A stretch of DNA of 64,000 nt from Paragordius varius (taxonomy: Eukaryota; Animalia; Nematomorpha). The notes below the pieces were generated by a model, which saw nothing but the letters and a program-made list of their open reading frames with translations, ran no database searches and was not told the DNA's origin. Positions within the stretch are counted from its first letter, which is position 1. Each line of letters starts with the position of its first letter. Below are positions 13,701-25,015 of the stretch, in pieces. The position numbers and the translations under genes are program-made. The DNA lies in the NCBI GenBank assembly GCA_964247055.1, contig OZ176052.1, positions 2,666,001 to 2,730,000 on the forward strand. The letters are read 5' to 3'.

Positions 13701-14167
13701 TATTATAAAATTAGGGTGAAATTTATGTTTAAGATCCAATATGAAGTGTTAAATGTTTGAGATAAAAATGGTATATTTTTATAAATTTTATTATTTCCTC
13801 CGTAACTATAGATTTTTTAAGTTAGCCGCAAAAATTAATGCGAACCATTGATGAAATAAAAAATATTATCTTAAAAACATCTCAAATTCCAAAAATATAA
13901 CCTTTAAAGAATAAGTCATTAATGATTGTGACTGGAATATACTTGGAAAAATTGTCATTCAATAATTGTGTTGTTATAAAAAATAATATCCATATATTAC
14001 GCTGATAATGGTTAAGAATTGTTTTTATATCCTTGTTTCGATATTTATCATCAAAAATAAAACCGTTTTTAATGACTGGGAAAACGTTTTATTGATTGGG
14101 AAAATGTTTTTATTGATTGGGAAAATGTTTCGATTGACTGGGAAAACGTTTATTTTGACTGGGAAAT

Positions 14168-14207
<40 letters not shown>

Positions 14208-17200
14208 ATAACTCTTTATTTAAGATTAGAATTTAATATTTAAAAGTTATTGTTAACTAAATTAAATAAGAATTAGTTAATATTACGGTGAATGCGTCCA
14301 ACATAGAATTGAGTACTAAAATTGGTCAATAGTTGATCAACGCCAATGATTGGTGTAAGCTTAATTTTGTACAACTTATTGTGTCCCATAACAAACCGGA
14401 TAGTGCCGTTTGTATTCTAGAACAAATATATGATTATTTGGCATCAGTTTAAAAATAAAAAGTTACTCTTTGATCCATAATGCTGTATTCATCCATGATA
14501 TTAAATATTTGAGCTTTCAACGGGCCACCGATGGTGTTGACGAATTTTAAATCATAGGTGGCATTGTATATGTTCCATGCAACTCGTTCAAACCGCACAT
14601 ACCTTACTTGGAATTTCATTTCTGCAAAAATATTTTAATGTAAGTCATTTTATTCTTTCATCTTTATTAATTCTTGCTTTTTTTAATGATAAGGTGATTA
14701 AAATTTAAAAATATCGCGGATGTTAAGCCAATTACTATATACCAGGTGTATTCAAGTTTTTACTGGTTTTTTTGGTAAAAACATATGTTGAAGGGAAATC
14801 AATTATTTGTTTATTTAAAATATTATACATCGGCTTCTACACATTTCGCTCATCTATCAGGTAATATATGAATGCGCTAGAAAAAACTGATTGACATTTG
14901 CGATATCCCATTTGTCAAGTCATTTTTAAACGTCTCCGAAATTATTGAAGGGCTGCTCCGTAAGGTATGCCTCCTTGATGCAAGGTTTTATTCAAAGGGC
15001 TCCAGATCAGGAGAGTTTAGTTGATGTGGTAAAAATTCCCATTTTTAAGGCTTCTTTCATTAGATTCGCTGTGCAAGACGAAGCATTGTCATGTAGCAAA
15101 AATATTTTGCCAAGATTTCTGCTCTATTCCGGTTGTTTTTCGACAATGCATGGTTTCAATAAGGTATTTATTAGATAGCTTTGTGTATTAACACACGGGA
15201 CTCAAAATATAATGATAATCTGGTCCCACAAGACACAAAGCATGGTCTTTTTGCACACGCGATTCGGCCTTATTGTGAATGGAACGGCTTGGCAAAATAT
15301 AAGCCACGATTTTTTGCTTTGGATTTACAAAACAAAGCCATTACTCGTCACCTGTCCTAATTCGATGCAAAAACTACGTGAACCCATTAAAAAGTTGGTC
15401 TCTCCGTTTGTTCGTAGACATCTATTGATTGTTTTTTTTTGTAATACATGTAATGCGTCTGCCAATTGTTTTAAAGTTTAGGTTAGGTCATTTATTAATT
15501 CTCACACTGTAAGTATTAGAAGTTGTATAGCCTACCATAGCCCCGACACTCTTTCAAATTAAATCGCAACTTGATTTTGAATATATGTTTCTGCCCGCAA
15601 ATCATAACTTTCAACAGCATTCTTCTATGGCAACGTAATGTTCTTTTCAGGTAAAAAATTCGCCGTTATTACTGAATGATAAATATAATTCGCCAGTTTT
15701 TGGCGAACTCATATTACGTGTTTATCGTTTAATGTCTGACAAAAATGGGGTTTTCAAATTAATCGTCCGCGCACTTTTCGCCGTAAGCTAGTAATAATTT
15801 ATGAATCTTGGTACATGTAGGTGAAGTCCGGAATAGTGCAATTTATTTATTTTTCCCAAATGTAAGCATTCGCCATTTTTCAATATGACACCACCATTGA
15901 GGTTTCATGTGTGTATGTTTTCATTTTTACTTGCGATTATCATAGGTTTGACGGTCAATCCTGCGTATTAATTTTTACTTTCGTTAAATAAAAATATAAA
16001 GGTGCCTTTTATATATCAAGTTCGGGATTATTTTTTGGAATGGTTTTAATCTAACAAAAATATTTCTGAAAAAGAGTAATTACAATATATAATTAGAAAA
16101 TGAAAAAAAGGGTACTTAAATCATATTGGGCTATGCTATCATTATCGAATTGAGTGTTTAGATTGCAAATTTGACTATTATTACAACAATAAATCCTGGA
16201 TACAAAATTCCTCGTTGTGAAGACTTGATTTGGCTCCCCGGGGCAAAATTCTAATGGTTTGCTAGTACATCTGTTCGATGAAATATAACGTTTGGTAGGG
16301 TCATTATTTTTATTTTGAATATTTATTTTTAAATTTATAGGTTTTTTAATCAATTTTAATGAATTATGAAGTTAGACAGTTCCCCTTTAATATAAATATA
16401 AAGACTTAAGGACTTCAAAATTATATTCAAATAATATACAACATTATCCTCACAAAAATAAGTTATAAACAAGTTTCAGCGTCATGTAAGCCAAATTAAC
16501 ATACATAATTTGGGTTTTATACTATTAAAATATTTCCTATTACTATGAATAATAAAAAGTGATACAATTTAAGACAATAAAAACATCCATAAAATAGAAT
16601 GACATAAACTGGGTTGGGTTGGAACGGGTATGAATTCTTCATGATCCTGAAAATGACCGTTTCAAAATAACAATTATTCGATTTTTTTACTTAAGGGTAA
16701 GGACTTAAATTGTATCGGACTCGTGAAGGCTTTAGCACTTGACTGCGTAGGGTCGACAGTGTTGCACAGTGTCGGGTTTTTAACTCTGGCACACGACCAC
16801 ATACACAGTATAAAAGTGCCCTACCTACCATACCATCACGCCTTTGTATAATATAAAACGATAGTATCATAAACTAAATATATAAATATTGCAAATTTTT
16901 TTCGATCTTATATCAAAAATTGGCCGTAAATTTATTTATAACACTCCAAAGACCAATACATATAATTTCATTCTTTTTTAGCTAAATGGCATTTCTGGAT
17001 TGATTGACGGTAATGAAAATTTAGAAGATAGGCTATTATCTGTACTGAAATACAGACCTTACATATTGAAAGAATGCAGAAATTATTTATAGTGAGTTAT
17101 TGTCATAATTAAAAAATCTGTATGTAAAAATTAATGCTTTTAAATCCTAAGCGCCATATTTGGGGGTGGTTTATCAGAATGTTAGAGCCGAACCTTGGAT

Positions 17201-18828
17201 AAGTTATATTTAAGTTCCCAATTATATTTAATTTGGCTCGATAGCGGATTGTATATAATTTGACAAAATCTAAAATTAAATTATAAACATAACGGAGCAT
17301 GGATGTATTATTTTACCATTCTACACTTTCTGTGTTTTTGGGAGTTAGCATATTCGTATCAATAATTTTGTATAAATGGTTTCACATTTTAAAAACAAAA
17401 TGAAAATATACCCATATTTATGTTCCATAGTTGACGTCAATTCACGATAACACATCTCACTCGAACAAAGATGGTTGGGACAATCAGTGCACAAACATAG
17501 CTTTCGATGCCTGTTCTCCTCCCCCACCAAATCAAAATCTTTAAGATACATATTTTTAATCTAAGCATCATAAATATTTTTTAGCTTAAATTATATTTTT
17601 ACATTCTAATTCTCAATTGATTTGTTCATTATTATTTTATAGTTCATGAAAAATTTAAATCCAATTTAATTCATAAAAATCCTTGAGAATTATGAACAAA
17701 TTCGGACAATGACTGAACTATGGAAAGGGTCAATAACGATGACGTATGGTCCTGAGGAAAATATAATTTTTTAAGGTTATTAGAGTCAAAAAAATGACGG
17801 CATACAAATAGGCGGATAGTAAAATTTAAAAGCTGAGATGGTTTGTGTAAAAGTCTTAACAGAAAATGCGTTATATCATAAACACATCAAGCCAAGTTGT
17901 ATCTGTAGGAATATTGGAATAAGTTAAGACAGTGGTTCCCAACCTTTTTTTGTTCACGCTTCCCCTCCCCACCCCCCTCTTTTTTAAAGAATAAAAATGC
18001 AAAAACTCATTATAATATTATAAAACTCATAATCAATAAGATCATTGTATCTGCGATTTCTGAAATATTTTCTGCATATCGGGGATAAATCTTAATATAT
18101 TGCACCTGATTTCCTATTAAACTACAATTGTTTCTAGTTGTGTCATATAATTGAATTCTCAAATTTCCCCCCCCCCCCAATTTTTATACGCCCTACTAGG
18201 TGGGCGTTTCTCCCCTTTTGGTAACCACTCAGTTAAGAGATTTATTTGTATCAGTGAATATTATTATATTGTTAAAGTCCAGTAAATACGTTAAGTATTA
18301 CTGGTAGCCCAGCAAATGGAAATGATTATTTGTTTTATTTAAAAGAGCAACAGAGTTAAATGATATTATATATAGAGATGCAGATGGATGCAGATAGTTT
18401 TTCAATGATCAGTAAATGGTTTATATAGAGTGATATCAATTCGTATTTTATGAAAGTTTCTATCTATATTGATGTACATTTATGCTAAAGTGTTGATTTT
18501 AACTTACATTTATACAAATTTGTAAAATTTCGTAACTTATCCAATCACCATCTTGGAATGTTTTAAGATAACATATAAATAACACTGGACAACAAATTTT
18601 TCTGCCACTCGAGTTTTTTGCATTTTCTAATAATTTAGTATCATTTTAACAGTAAATCTGAAATAAAAATTATAACTCGATGGAAGAATTTTGTATAATT
18701 TGATTTTTTTGATTATGCGCCCTCTTTATCAAAATTTTACTAAAATATGTTTTACTTTGAAAATATACAAGTAATGCCCATTTGTAATATATAATTCGAA
18801 AGAGTAATAAATACTCTATAAAATGCAT
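10759..18828 (-). CDS. Predicted secreted/cell-surface protein: signal peptide, activin/TGF-beta type-I-receptor-like three-finger domain, FN3-like beta modules (3' end uncertain)
   Basis: Phase-compatible GT-AG exons: 18769-18828, 17412-17560, 16116-16270, 14467-14621, 14287-14416, 10759-10925 (271 aa). Exons 2 and 3 join as LCLCTDCPNHLCSSEMCY...KYG|CTSKPLEFC...IYCCNNSQICN, giving 10 Cys with a CCx5CN box. Exon 1 and the terminal exon are less certain than exons 2-5. Confidence 0.7.
11569..12822. mobile_element. Foldback-like element with long TIRs containing 21-bp tandem repeats (unit ~ATTGACTGGGAAAACGTTTCG)
   Basis: Ends TATACCATTT / AAATGGTATA; arms ~11569-11900 and ~12420-12822 are reverse complements. 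The interior holds a hAT-like fragment ending CACCCCTG (~12270). Confidence 0.85.
12936..14173. mobile_element. Second foldback-like element of the same family, interior inverted relative to 11569-12822
   Basis: Same termini and 21-bp repeats; interior ~13410-13775 is the reverse complement of ~11920-12275. Confidence 0.85.
14742..15500 (-). pseudogene. Mariner (Mos1-like) transposase relic within an intron
   Basis: Minus-strand fragments IRTGDE*WLCFVNPKQKSW, RPNRVCKKTMLCVLWDQ, LLHDNA and SPDLEP, with stops and frameshifts. One Mos1-like TIR, TA|CCAGGTGTA, lies at 14742; the other TIR was not found. Confidence 0.85.
17930..18230 (+). mobile_element. hAT (Charlie-like) MITE, 301 bp, TSD AGTTAAGA
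   Basis: Starts CAGTGGTTCCCAACC and ends GGTAACCACTC; TSD at 17922-17929 and 18231-18238. Related to 43937-44684. Confidence 0.85.
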
Positions 18829-20191
18829 ACTAATATGTATTACATCGACAGTTAATATTGGACACAAAGAGTGACAAACGCGCGAAGCGAGAGCATTTTT
18901 TTTAATTAATATATTTTTAAAACTCACGGATGAAAATAGCTCAAACTTTGTTTAGATGGTGATGAATGTCCAAAAAAGATAACACAAGAAAGTTTTTTTG
19001 ATTAAAACATTTTTTATTGCTTTTATGTCACTCAAAACAGCCATTTTTTTGATTTTTAAAAATTACCATCTCATCTATTTAATTTATTTTCTTTACGAGG
19101 CTGTAATTTCGAAATTTTAAAGATAAAAACAAAGTTTAAGGTATTTTTGATCTTTTATAGCCATTATGCAATAAATTTACAGTTATAACTATGCATTTTA
19201 GTATCCACTAGGTAAAATATTTATGAGAATAATAATTTTATTAAAAAAGCAAACCAAAAGCTTTTTCAAACATTTTTTTTAAATTAAATACTAATATAAC
19301 CCTAATAATTATATTAAAATAATTTATATGATTTTCAAATTAGTTTGTCTGTGAAAATTCTTGACTCATTTAAGGATTGAAAATTTCGACCATTTAAATC
19401 CAAATAACTTGTACATCCGATTGATTTAAATGACTTACTACCATTTAAAAGATGTAGTTTTTTGCGCTCTTTCGAATGATATAAAATACATGGCTTCATA
19501 TCTAAAACTTTTGATTTTCGAAATTTCGAGTTTAATGTTAAATCGGGGCCAAAAATTATCGATAAACTCTAATTTAAAAAAATTCTTGCATGCTAGACCA
19601 ATTTAATGCTCTTTTCAAATATACTAAATATGTACTTTAATGAAATAAATTTTAAATTTACAAGAATGGCAGTTAAAAAAAGTTAAAATTTGTTGTCTAG
19701 TGTAATTTTTCTGTAATTATATAGTTCATATATCCAAAATGATTATAAGGTCCTGGTAAATTTCGCCGTATTTTGGTAAAATTTTTTATTTCAATAGTTC
19801 AAATTTAAATGCTATTTGCATCTAATCCTAAGGTATTATTAATAAAATTTATAGTTTAAAGGCGTTAAAAATTACAAAGTACTACATGTAAATAATTTTT
19901 TTTTACTTTTAATATTAACTTAAAACAAATATACTCATAGGGAATGTGATATTGTGTATTCTATTACAAAAATCTATGTTACAGCATTTTTTTCCCATAA
20001 CGAACCCCGTTCCCGGTAATGAAACTGCCAAGGTATTTATTTCTCCACACTTTTCACTGGAATTGAGACATCTACAAATATTAACAATGTTTTGTTTAGT
20101 TCTTTTATGAACGAGTTTAATAAAAGATACTAAAAAAGCTGTGTAAAATGGTAATGTCTTTAAATATTCTTAGCTAATAATCAAAATTTAA

Positions 20192-20506
20192 TATACCATT
20201 TACAATTCAAATTCACCCTTAAACAATTTAAATTCATCTCGAACTATTCAAATTCATTCCTGGACAGAATTCACCCTAAAAATAAATTATATGTTTTCGG
20301 GCTAATATAACTCATTATTAATATGAAATATATCTTTATGGCAATAGTTATTATTTTTTTTGTATTAATTTTAAATAAAATTTCAATTTACTAAAAAATA
20401 TAAAAAATATAGGTAATTCATAAAAACACATAATCTATTTTAGAGTAAATTTTAATTGTTCGAGGGTGATTTTGTTTAAGGGTGAATTTGAAGTGTAAAT
20501 GGTATA
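20192..20506. mobile_element. Short foldback-like element with TATACCATTT termini and a different 21-bp repeat (~ACAATTCAAATTCACCCTTAA)
   Basis: Terminal inverted TATACCATTT/AAATGGTATA; 21-bp period visible at 20202-20280; partial copy at ~1172-1280. Confidence 0.65.
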
Positions 20507-21984
20507 AATACCCGTAATCCCAATGATTTTGAACATCGCTCTCTTTAAAACAATATCCCGAATTCCCCGTTTCACAATATTTGAAGGGAGATTTTTTATC
20601 ATAGCAAAATTCTAAGAAACATAAATTTTTAAACAAATAAATTAAAAGCGATATATTCGTTTGAACGTTTTCAAAATTTTTGTGTTTTGAGCATAGCACC
20701 TTATATGCAATTGATTTTATCATACGCTATGGCTGAAGTAAAAAAATTATATGGAATTAAAACATTAGATTTATACCTTTATTTTACAAATAGTCTATGT
20801 TTATTAATGCAGTAAAGCCTTGGATATTAAATATTATCCTCGTCATAATCTAATAATGTGCTTTAAATAGGGGGTGTCTAACACAAATGGTTTTGCGGGT
20901 TTCATTCGCCAAATATATGGCAATGCCAAATATTTTATCATGTTTTAAACATAAGATTGTAAAAACTACTATTTATTTTAAAAACTTTTGCCAATTCATT
21001 GCCGAAATCGGAAAAACTCTTAATCGAAAATTTTGTTTGAGAAAATTAACTCTATTAAAAATTACATAGAATTTTGTATTTAATATTTCTCCCTGGCTGG
21101 ACAAATATTTTGGAGGGCCGCGTGTTGGACATTTCTGCTTTAAATAAACCAAATTAGCTCTTAGCTATCAGGTACTTTTGAAATTAATTAGGATTATATT
21201 TTTTAGAATAGCTGCTCAAAGCTACCTGCTTTCCCCACTCTAATTAGTCGTGTGAGAGGCATCGTATTAAACAAAAAAAGAAATGTGTCCATTTTTTTTA
21301 GTTTCCGAAATTTTTTCATCTTCACTGTTAGCCCTCACAAATATTCTGCTTTAAAAATTTTAATCCTAATTCTTTAATAGAAAAAGGGTTTGTAATTCAT
21401 ATAACAATGAATAAAACTTGTTTTATTAAAATATTTTATTATTCTTTCTGTAAATGAAAACGAAACCCTTGAATGTTGTTATTTGATTAAAATTCACAAT
21501 TGAGTTTCAATATTTATGGATATGGAAAGGCAAATAAAACCAGTTTTTAATAAATTCTTATATTTTAAATGATTTATACAAAATCAAATAAAAATAACAA
21601 TATGATAAAATCTAAGTTATTTCGCATGATCTATATATATTAGTTAAACTAATTTAATTAAAATACTTGAACCAACTATTGATTGTTTGGAGATGTAGAT
21701 GATAAGTATGATGGTATAGATAATTGGAATCATTTTTGTTTAAAAAAGCTATAGAAATTATATAATTTTACATTTCTAATCGCCTGACGCCTATTTATTG
21801 GCACTATTTGACCTTGAACCTACATTAAAGTAAGTAGTATGCAGTTTTACATTGATCGGGTTGTTGTACTCAACTAAACATTTTACATTAAGCTTTTGAT
21901 TGGGTAAAAACCTTTAATATTTGTTATTTTATAACAGTTTGATTGTGTAACAAAAAATTTAATTTAAAGTATCAGAAATACTTC

Positions 21985-21987
<3 letters not shown>

Positions 21988-22033
<46 letters not shown>
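21988..22033. repeat. (TA)n microsatellite (others at ~14171-14204, 23011-23060, 23738-23765, 36546-36575)
   Basis: Direct observation. Confidence 0.95.
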
Positions 22034-22044
<11 letters not shown>

Positions 22045-22229
22045 TATAGCCAATCGTAAATTAAAACAATAAACAGACTAATGTTTGATAAAATGGGAAA
22101 GATAGGCTCCTAATTTTAGCCTGCTCTTATTAAGTTATAATTCAATTTTTTAAATAAAATTTTGATTAATATTATGTTTATTTTTTTACTTTTTTATGAT
22201 ATTAAATATAATTTATACAAATTATTTTT

Positions 22230-23007
22230 GGTTCATTGGAATCCAAAATAACGAGAAAACCTTTAAAACAACCAAATTTTTATTTTAAAGCAGGGTTTGA
22301 AACCGGTTTAAAAAAAAGTGATACCGGAATCGGATCGGTTCCTGAACAAGTGGAACCAAAACCGCGTTGGTTCTTTAAAAAATTTTGCGGTTCCGGAACC
22401 GGTTCCATTTTCGGTTCCTGACTTTTGATCAAATGATTTACAAAATTATTATCAAAATAATAAAATCTAAATGATTGCAATTTTTGATCAAACAATTTAT
22501 TCTAAATTGCCAAATGTATACTGAAAGAAATATAGTGTAGCATAATAAATTAAGCAAATTATAAAAATAAAATAGGAATATGTATAAGTACAAAGGTATA
22601 AATTGAGAATTAAATTAAGTATGGCATCCAAAATATTATTTAACTTTAAAAAAATTATTGCACCAAGCAATTCGCTGGTCAAACTGCTTCTCAGGTCTGA
22701 AAATTAAATTAAGGGTGAAAAAACTCCTTTCAACGGACACCTATATATACGAACATATGTAATATAAATAAACTTGACTTATGACAGTTTTTTTGAAAGA
22801 GCCGAATCGCCCAAAATTCAGAGAGTATAGCCAACATAATATTAGGCGCTTAGTTTTAAGTTTAAAGTTTGAAGTATGGAATATGTAGTGGTACAATCAA
22901 ATTTAAATAATAAAATAAAATTTTATAATAAAAATCATATGGGAACCAGTGATTAAGCGGGTGGAACCGGAACCGGTTTGGATCCTGAACGTTTGGAACC
23001 AAAACCG

Positions 23008-23010
<3 letters not shown>
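22230..23010. mobile_element. Degenerate copy of the GGAACCGG-rich hAT MITE at 30326-31264
   Basis: Core 22430-22970 aligns to ~30560-31070; GGAACC/GGTTCC subterminal repeats; termini lost. Confidence 0.75.
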
Positions 23011-23063
<53 letters not shown>

Positions 23064-23733
23064 CCGAGTCCCGTTTAAAGTTATAAAAATAATGACATAA
23101 TCAGCATAAGCTATCGGTTTCTTATAGGCTAGGAGTCACTATAGGGATTTGTAGTCGAGCGATAATATAATTGACCAGCATTTCTGCTCATCAATTCATA
23201 GTTATATAAGTTTTAACAAACCGAATTTTTATAAATGCACCAACACAATAATTTTTTGCCCCTGATTCAAAAATTATTTGAAAAAGCCTGGCTATTCTCT
23301 GTTTATAACTTAAATAAAATTAAATATTTGAGTTATTATTTACCGACAAAACGTCAATAGCTTCTATTCATCTCAATTTTCAATAGGGAAATTATATTTG
23401 AAACACATCTACTCGAAGGGTTTAAATATTGTTTAAATATAAATGATAACGGCAATGAGTAATTGAACGTGAACGGCACTGTCTCTGCACAAATGTATCA
23501 AAGCTAGAATATCTACAAAAGATAATTTGGTTTACGAAAAATTATATGTTTGCATCGTTATGAATACTTAGATTTAGTTTTTATTTTTAATTATCCCGTA
23601 CCTAATGCAAATTTCTATCATACATGCTTAAATTTTATCAGTTATATGTAATTTTGATGATAATAATAAAAGTCAAGTTTTGCCATATATATACATACAT
23701 ATAATTCGCATTCAAAATAAAATGTAAAAATTA

Positions 23734-23767
<34 letters not shown>

Positions 23768-25015
23768 TCAAGCTTTGGTTAACACACAACTATTATGGAA
23801 TGTTGTCTTTTTTTATACAAAAGGTTATGACAGAATAATAGCGGATGTTTATAAGCAAACTTTTAGCGCATAAAGACATTTATCTTCATTTAGTTATTAT
23901 GTCTTTGTTACTAAGCTGTTCCAAAATCGAAAAAGTAATTTAAATTTATTATTTTAAGTGTCTAAATTTTTTCAAAATACTATAATTATGAGTTATAACC
24001 AACCAACCATTTTAAATTTATGATATTGCTTGCATTTCAGACATCTTCAATTAACTTGTCAAATATTTTTTTAAAAAATAACACGTAATGTAAATTAATG
24101 CAAATTGGTGAATTTGCACATATTAGGCGGAAGAACTCCCCAGAGTATTTCAACAGAAATATCAGTTAAAATCAAATGTTATATTATCATCATATTATTT
24201 CATTTTTTATTTTCTCAAATTATCTTTTATTATTATCAAAATTTTTTCAATAAATAAATTCTTATTTTGACAGGTAAAAAATGCTTGAAAATATATACGT
24301 AAGCACTTGAGGGCTTTCAATAATAACGCAATAATATATTATTTATATATCAATATTTTTATGGTTAATCATTATGTAATTTCAAATAAAAATATATATA
24401 TTAACGTGTGAATGATTAATGAAAAATGTATATAAAAACATTTTTTATATTTTATATTACATTTTTTAACAAGTTATTAAATTTTTAAACCATTATTAAA
24501 ATGATTTTTAAATTTAATAAAATATGCGGATATTTTTTGATGCATACATGCCCCATTATAAATCAGATCCATATTAGTAATTATATATTAATTAATAATA
24601 CATTTGTCTTCGATTCAGCCAGGAGGACCCTAACCATTAATTAATAATTAATTATAACACTCATTATTTTGCTACTTATTCCTATATCAAATCCTAATTA
24701 ACTATATTAATTATATATTGATCTATGTGTAAATTAAATGTTACGTTATAATATTAATTATTAATTACCCACGATATATATATATTCGTTAATACTTTAG
24801 TATGGTTTGCCATAAAAAGCCTCAAAAAATACAAATTAACCCAAAATAATAAACAATTCCTCAAAAAGGAAACCTTATATACTCCTAATATTTATTAATT
24901 CTAAACATATCAACACTACTAACCATAATAACAATGATGGGATTTTAAACAAATTTACAATCTTAGCTGTTACATATAAAATATTTGCATTATCTATCGC
25001 ATTCCTTATGGAAAA

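Noticed and set aside
12593-14208. ORFs with DWENV / FPVN repeats, and a CRISPR-like appearance of the 21-bp arrays
   Set aside because: These are translations of foldback subterminal tandem repeats. There are no unique spacers and no cas genes, and the context is eukaryotic.
21660-24160. Short coding-like patches (~21690-21830, ~23460-23560, ~23770-23870, ~24105-24165)
   Set aside because: They could not be linked into a phase-consistent model, and no motif was recognised.
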